A DNA stretch of 64,000 nucleotides from an uncultured bacterium (lineage in GTDB: Bacteria > Patescibacteriota > Minisyncoccia > Phycocordibacterales > UBA11359). A program made the position numbers and the translations under genes. The notes under the pieces were generated by a model, which was given only the letters and a program-made list of their open reading frames with translations, searched no databases and had not been told where the DNA came from. Each line of letters opens with the position of its first letter. Position 1 is the stretch's first letter. The stretch is from the NCBI GenBank assembly GCA_903831815.1, contig CAIKZC010000002.1, positions 7,244 through 71,243 of the forward strand. Direction: 5' to 3'. This document shows, piece by piece, positions 59,887-64,000 of this stretch.

Positions 59887-60428
59887 TGATTTTTTGGATT
59901 CATTATAATGGTTATGGCAAAATCGATATTTTGGGCCTTGGCAAAATCCGACACAGGCAAATCGGCCGAGATGACTCCCTGTTGCAATTTTATTTTTTTA
60001 ACGAAATCAAGCAAAGTTTGTCGCGAACTAGCTCTTCCGGAAACAATAATTTGCATTTGACCATTAATCATTCTGTATAGGAAACTGCTTAGATTTATGG
60101 CCGTGCCGCGCGTTTTTACAATAATCTGGAGGGCATTAACAACTCCTATAGGTGTAGATGAGGACGACAAAATATTGATGTAAGAATTGGTTTTTTGGAC
60201 GATTTTTGACAATTCTAAGGTCTCGGCATTTAAATTTTGAACTTTTAGATCAGCTGATTGCGAATTTAAAATATCAATACGCGTTTGCGCAGTTAAAAAT
60301 GATGGAACAAGCAGGATCAAAGAAATTGCTTCCCCGGCCAAAGCGAGAGCGAGAGCAACCACAATAAACCTGTTTCGATACTCTCGAATTATTTTCTGTT
60401 TTTGTTCTTTTAATAAAAGGTTAAGCAT
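59883..60428 (-). CDS. PilN-like pilus assembly protein
   Basis: MLNLL, TM, ISGRASSR..LLDF; likely start 60428. Confidence 0.75.
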   Translation of the reverse strand: MLNLLLKEQKQKIIREYRNRFIVVALALALAGEAISLILLVPSFLTAQTRIDILNSQSADLKVQNLNAETLELSKIVQKTNSYINILSSSSTPIGVVNALQIIVKTRGTAINLSSFLYRMINGQMQIIVSGRASSRQTLLDFVKKIKLQQGVISADLPVSDFAKAQNIDFAITIIMNPKNQ

Positions 60429-61425
60429 GATAGAAACGTAATAATGACAAACCAATAGCAGGAGCATAATCAAGCGATTCTTCAAAAGACATTTCCGGAA
60501 TTTGTTCGCTAAAATCCAAAACATTCACCCAAACATTGGCGAGTTCAACTCCACAACCTGCGATGTCCGCCAAATATTGTTTCAACCCCGGAGCGGTTGC
60601 CGCTTTGCCGGAAATAAAAACCTTCTTGATGGCCGTATTTCCGCTTTCATTACGACTCTGCCAGTATAATTTAAGTTTAACAATTTCATCCTTAAGAAGT
60701 GATAGTCTCTTTTCAATATCAGTCTGCTCACTCACACGACCAGCATTGACCGTAGATGTAAACTGCAAAAAACCATTGCTCACGATACCAAAACCGGTTC
60801 TAGTATCTCCAACATTTATGATGAGACATGTTTCCGTTTCGCCTCGCGGAATGACAGTTCTGGCAACAGCCTGAGTCACCAATTCACAAGAGACAGGTAC
60901 GATTGAAGCTGAATGGAAAAGATCCAGATAAGCGCCGATGACTTTATTGGGTACAACAGTTACCACAGCTTCGTCACGTTTGTGACTATCAACAGATCGA
61001 ATAGTATTAAAATCAAAAACTGATTTTGCTGCATCAACCGGAACGTTTTCGTCCAAACGAAGCTCTATGTTTTCGGCGATATATTTATCTTCGACATTAG
61101 GCAATTCCATTTTAAAAAGATAACCCTTCTCTTCCGGCAAAGATATGCTGGCAAATTTAAAACCGTGCTCCTTATGGATTTCAGCCAAAACTTTTTTAAT
61201 TTCTTCAGGCTTATTAATAAATCCGCCAGTAATTACGCCTTCTGCAAGTTTTTTCTCACCAAATGATTTGAGATGAAAACGATGACGCCCGGATTCGGTA
61301 TGCGCAATCTCGATAAAACGAACAGCCTGATCGGAAATATCTATGCCAACCGAAGGCATTTCCAAATAGGCCGGTGTTGGGAAAAAATCAAAAAATTTTC
61401 TTTTATGATGAACTGATGTGCTCAT
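60421..61425 (-). CDS. pilM: Type IV pilus assembly protein PilM
   Basis: GIDISDQAVRFIE, IINVGDTRT, ISG, YAPAIGLSL (actin fold). Confidence 0.88.
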   Translation of the reverse strand: MSTSVHHKRKFFDFFPTPAYLEMPSVGIDISDQAVRFIEIAHTESGRHRFHLKSFGEKKLAEGVITGGFINKPEEIKKVLAEIHKEHGFKFASISLPEEKGYLFKMELPNVEDKYIAENIELRLDENVPVDAAKSVFDFNTIRSVDSHKRDEAVVTVVPNKVIGAYLDLFHSASIVPVSCELVTQAVARTVIPRGETETCLIINVGDTRTGFGIVSNGFLQFTSTVNAGRVSEQTDIEKRLSLLKDEIVKLKLYWQSRNESGNTAIKKVFISGKAATAPGLKQYLADIAGCGVELANVWVNVLDFSEQIPEMSFEESLDYAPAIGLSLLRFYHA

Positions 61426-61463
61426 AGTCCAAAACTATGAACATATTATACCACAAGAAAAAA

Positions 61464-62264
61464 TTATTTTACTTTTGTACCGGGTGGAATAGTTGGGTCA
61501 ATGGAAAGTAAAGAAAATGTGCCTGCATCGGTCGAAACGGCGAGGATCATACCTTGGCTTTCAAGACCCATCATCATGCGAGGTTCGAGATTTGTGACAA
61601 AGCCGATCGTGCGTCCGATCAAAACATTAGCATCAGAAAAATGTTTGGCGATACCAGAGAGAACCTGACGAGATTTTTCTTCACCAAAATCAACTTCAAG
61701 CTTTAGAAGTTTATTAGATCCCGGAATCGGTTCCGCTTTGAGGATTTTGCCCGCCCGAATTTCAACTTTTGCAAAATCATCGATGGTTATTGAGGGTTTT
61801 TGCATTTGTTGAGGTTGCTCTTTTTTATTGTCTTCTACCCTGCTCTTTTTCTTGTCCAAATAACTTTGCAAAATTAGAGCGGCTGCCGATGCATCCAGCA
61901 GATCATGTTTCCCTTGGAAAAATTCAGCCTGATGCGAAGTTAAAAATTCCGGTTCGAAAAATATCGGGATGATCGGCGGCACCAGTGGCGGAGACAAAAG
62001 CACTAACGAGCTCTCCATGGCAGTTTTAAAATCTCGAATTTCGGTCATAATGGAATTATCCTCTCCTTTAAAATCTTTTGATTCACCCAAGACTATTTCC
62101 GCGACGTTTTCTTTTTTGATGATCTCAACGATTTCGGCCAAAACTTTTTCTTTAGTGCTTCTGGAGTTTTTTATGACGGAATAAGGCTGCCCAAAAGCCT
62201 GCCCTTCATCGCTTAGGGCTATGCCGATACGCTTTGTGCCGTAATCTATTCCTAAAATTCTCAT
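61464..62264 (-). CDS. ruvX: RuvX/YqgF nuclease fused to a Trbp111/MetRS-C-type tRNA-binding OB domain
   Basis: MRILGIDYGTKRIGIA...E.LTS...DASAAALILQSYL, then ITIDDFAKVEIRAG...NLEPR.MMGLESQGM. Confidence 0.9.
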   Translation of the reverse strand: MRILGIDYGTKRIGIALSDEGQAFGQPYSVIKNSRSTKEKVLAEIVEIIKKENVAEIVLGESKDFKGEDNSIMTEIRDFKTAMESSLVLLSPPLVPPIIPIFFEPEFLTSHQAEFFQGKHDLLDASAAALILQSYLDKKKSRVEDNKKEQPQQMQKPSITIDDFAKVEIRAGKILKAEPIPGSNKLLKLEVDFGEEKSRQVLSGIAKHFSDANVLIGRTIGFVTNLEPRMMMGLESQGMILAVSTDAGTFSLLSIDPTIPPGTKVK

Positions 62265-62334
62265 ATTCGCATTGTATACCAAAATGCCAAAAGTTGAAAA
62301 TAAAGAGAAAATATGGCAGTATTTCAAAACCGAC

Positions 62335-62421
62335 GGAGAGATGGCCGAGAGGTTTAAGGCAACAGTCTTGAAAACTGTCATCCGGGAAACCGGATCGTGA
62401 GTTCGAATCTCACTCTCTCCG
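62335..62421 (+). tRNA. tRNA-Ser(UGA)
   Basis: GGAGAGA/TCTCTCC acceptor, CTTGAAA loop, long variable arm, GTTCGAATC. Confidence 0.96.
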
Positions 62422-62451
62422 CAGAAAAAATATTTGTGATATAATTATCGC

Positions 62452-62922
62452 ATGAACATTGAAGGGATTTCGTGGCGAGCATATGAATTTGCTCACCAAC
62501 CAAAAACATCCGATTGGTATTGGGCCGTTGGCATCGTAACGCTCGGCGCAGTTTTAGCTTCAGTATTTTTCAACAATATTATTTTAGCAATTTTATTGGC
62601 TGTTTCTTCCCTCTCTTTACTCCTCCATGCCAACAAACCGCCAAGACTCTTGGAATATCATTTAACTTCTCGCGGACTCATCATCGACAAACAATTGTAT
62701 CCGATCGCGACCATCGAATCTTTTTGGGTCGACGAATACGAAAACGGCGTGGCAAAATTGATCTTGAAATCTACAAAAAAGATGATGGTCTACATAATCG
62801 CGCCGCTAGTGCCCGATGTTACGTCAGACGAGATCAGACATTTTTTCTTCCAAAATCGCATTCCGGAAGTCGAACACCACGAACCTGTTTCTCAACAGAT
62901 CATGGAATATTTGGGATTTTAG
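62452..62922 (+). CDS. Conserved membrane protein (two TM plus soluble domain)
   Basis: W.AYEF....K..DWYW, TMs, GL.I...YP...ESFW; TGATATAAT 6 nt before ATG. Confidence 0.8.
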   Translation: MNIEGISWRAYEFAHQPKTSDWYWAVGIVTLGAVLASVFFNNIILAILLAVSSLSLLLHANKPPRLLEYHLTSRGLIIDKQLYPIATIESFWVDEYENGVAKLILKSTKKMMVYIIAPLVPDVTSDEIRHFFFQNRIPEVEHHEPVSQQIMEYLGF

Positions 62923-62949
62923 GGGTTGTGTGGTAACGTACTGCTGTTA

Positions 62950-63021
62950 GTCCTCGTCGTTCAATGGATAGGACATGAGTTTGCGGAACTCAAAATGTAG
63001 GTTCGATTCCTACCGGGGGCA
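62950..63021 (+). tRNA. tRNA-Arg(GCG)
   Basis: GTCCTCG/CGGGGGC acceptor, TGAGT-TTGCGGA-ACTCA, GGTTCGATTCC. Confidence 0.92.
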
Positions 63022-63031
63022 CATTTTGTAG

Positions 63032-64000
63032 CTAAAATTTTACACTTTGCAATTCCTGCACCGTTTTCTTGATTGTTGCGATTTCTTTATATCTTTCAGC
63101 AATTCGATTAGTAAGCGCTTTATCTTCCTCGGCTTTTTTCTCAATTAATTCAGTCTGATTCTCGGATTGTTTTTTCTTTTCTTGCATTTCAATTCCGGCT
63201 TTCTCGGCGTCTTGTCTTTGTATCTCAAAACTTCGGTTCAAAGCTTCGATGCTTGCTTTCAGTTTGGCGATAGCCTCTTTATTTTTTGCAATCTTCTCGC
63301 CCACCTCTTTCTCTATTCTCTCCATCTCAGATTGGAACTGTGTTTTTGAAGAATCGAGTTCTTTGGTTTGATCTTTTAACGATACAATATCTTTCTGAAT
63401 ATCTTTTTCTTTGGTCTCCAGAGCCTCCAATTCGAGAGATTTTCTTTTAACTTCCTCTTTGAGCACCGAAATTTGTTTAAGCAAATTCCTTTCTTGTTGC
63501 TCTTTCTCAACAATCGGAGATCTCTCACCGCTTTTATTATCCGCTTTTTTAGTTTGAGATGACCGACCTTCGGATATTTCTTTTTCAAAAGCTTTTATCC
63601 TTGCTTCCAGATCCTGTTTTTTAGTCTCAAATTCACGTTCAAGTTTCGCCAATTCATCTATCGTTTTTTCCAGCAAACCTTCCTTTTCGGAAATCTGCGA
63701 CTCCTTCTGCTTATTCGCCGCATCTTGTCTCAAATCTTCCATAGCCCCACCTTTCAGTGTCTCAATTTCTTGTTTCATCGCCACGTCTTCATTTTCAGCG
63801 CTTTTTAATTCCTCGGATTTTTCCTGAAGTTCTTTTCTCAGTTCAGATATTTGTCGAAGCAACTCTTTACCGTCCTTTTCCCTCATGGTAACAGCAGATT
63901 CCGCTTGAGTACCGTGTGTTTTGGCTTGCTTGTCTTTTTCAATCAAAAGATTTTTCTTCTTCTCCGTGTCGCGTTCAAGCTCCGTGTCTTCTCTTTCGAT
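63032..64000 (-). CDS. Coiled-coil Glu/Lys-rich protein (5' end outside the window)
   Basis: Frame open to the window edge; heptad E/K-rich; repeated LL(R/K)QIS.L..E. Confidence 0.8.
   Translation of the reverse strand: MEREDTELERDTEKKKNLLIEKDKQAKTHGTQAESAVTMREKDGKELLRQISELRKELQEKSEELKSAENEDVAMKQEIETLKGGAMEDLRQDAANKQKESQISEKEGLLEKTIDELAKLEREFETKKQDLEARIKAFEKEISEGRSSQTKKADNKSGERSPIVEKEQQERNLLKQISVLKEEVKRKSLELEALETKEKDIQKDIVSLKDQTKELDSSKTQFQSEMERIEKEVGEKIAKNKEAIAKLKASIEALNRSFEIQRQDAEKAGIEMQEKKKQSENQTELIEKKAEEDKALTNRIAERYKEIATIKKTVQELQSVKF

Noticed and set aside
62265-62381. N-terminal extension of the ruvX ORF
   Set aside because: It is antisense to tRNA-Ser; the family start MRILGID is at 62264
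1002-63588. Numerous short antisense or alternate-frame ORFs in the track (e.g. 4185..4556, 7819..8274, 25871..26518, 46641..47183)
   Set aside because: They are shadows of well-supported genes and lack motifs or initiation signals

Overview
Chromosomal segment of a small-genome bacterium using the standard genetic code. It is most likely a Patescibacteria (CPR) Parcubacteria member: rplK is not followed by rplA, and the window has tRNA-Arg(GCG), an IleRS with a histidine-phosphatase insert, a class II RNR, pilMNO, a large TraG/HerA-like ATPase and peptidoglycan-binding surface proteins. Most of the window is housekeeping: ftsK, recA, efp, rpsF-ssb-rpsR, tatD, metG, glyQS, recO, ileS, argS, secE-nusG-rplK, uppP, nrdJ, rarA, mscL, rplS, ruvX and 6 tRNAs. 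Five things stand out. (1) Five dispersed ~95-115 bp structured repeats have a covarying three-way-junction core and always lie in the same orientation 3' of a gene. (2) An extended dTTP cluster holds a ThyA lacking two phosphate-binding arginines next to a HIT hydrolase, an HldC-like nucleotidyltransferase and a dCMP deaminase with an HxGH-like N-domain. (3) Freestanding HNH and LAGLIDADG genes abut the only two tRNAs with recoded D/T loops. (4) A four-helix-bundle/wHTH gene carries an array of TGTCCTWTA-like boxes both inside it and across its promoter. (5) A conserved 11-bp-periodic AT-rich element lies upstream of three genes. All calls come from reading motifs by eye; no database searches were run.
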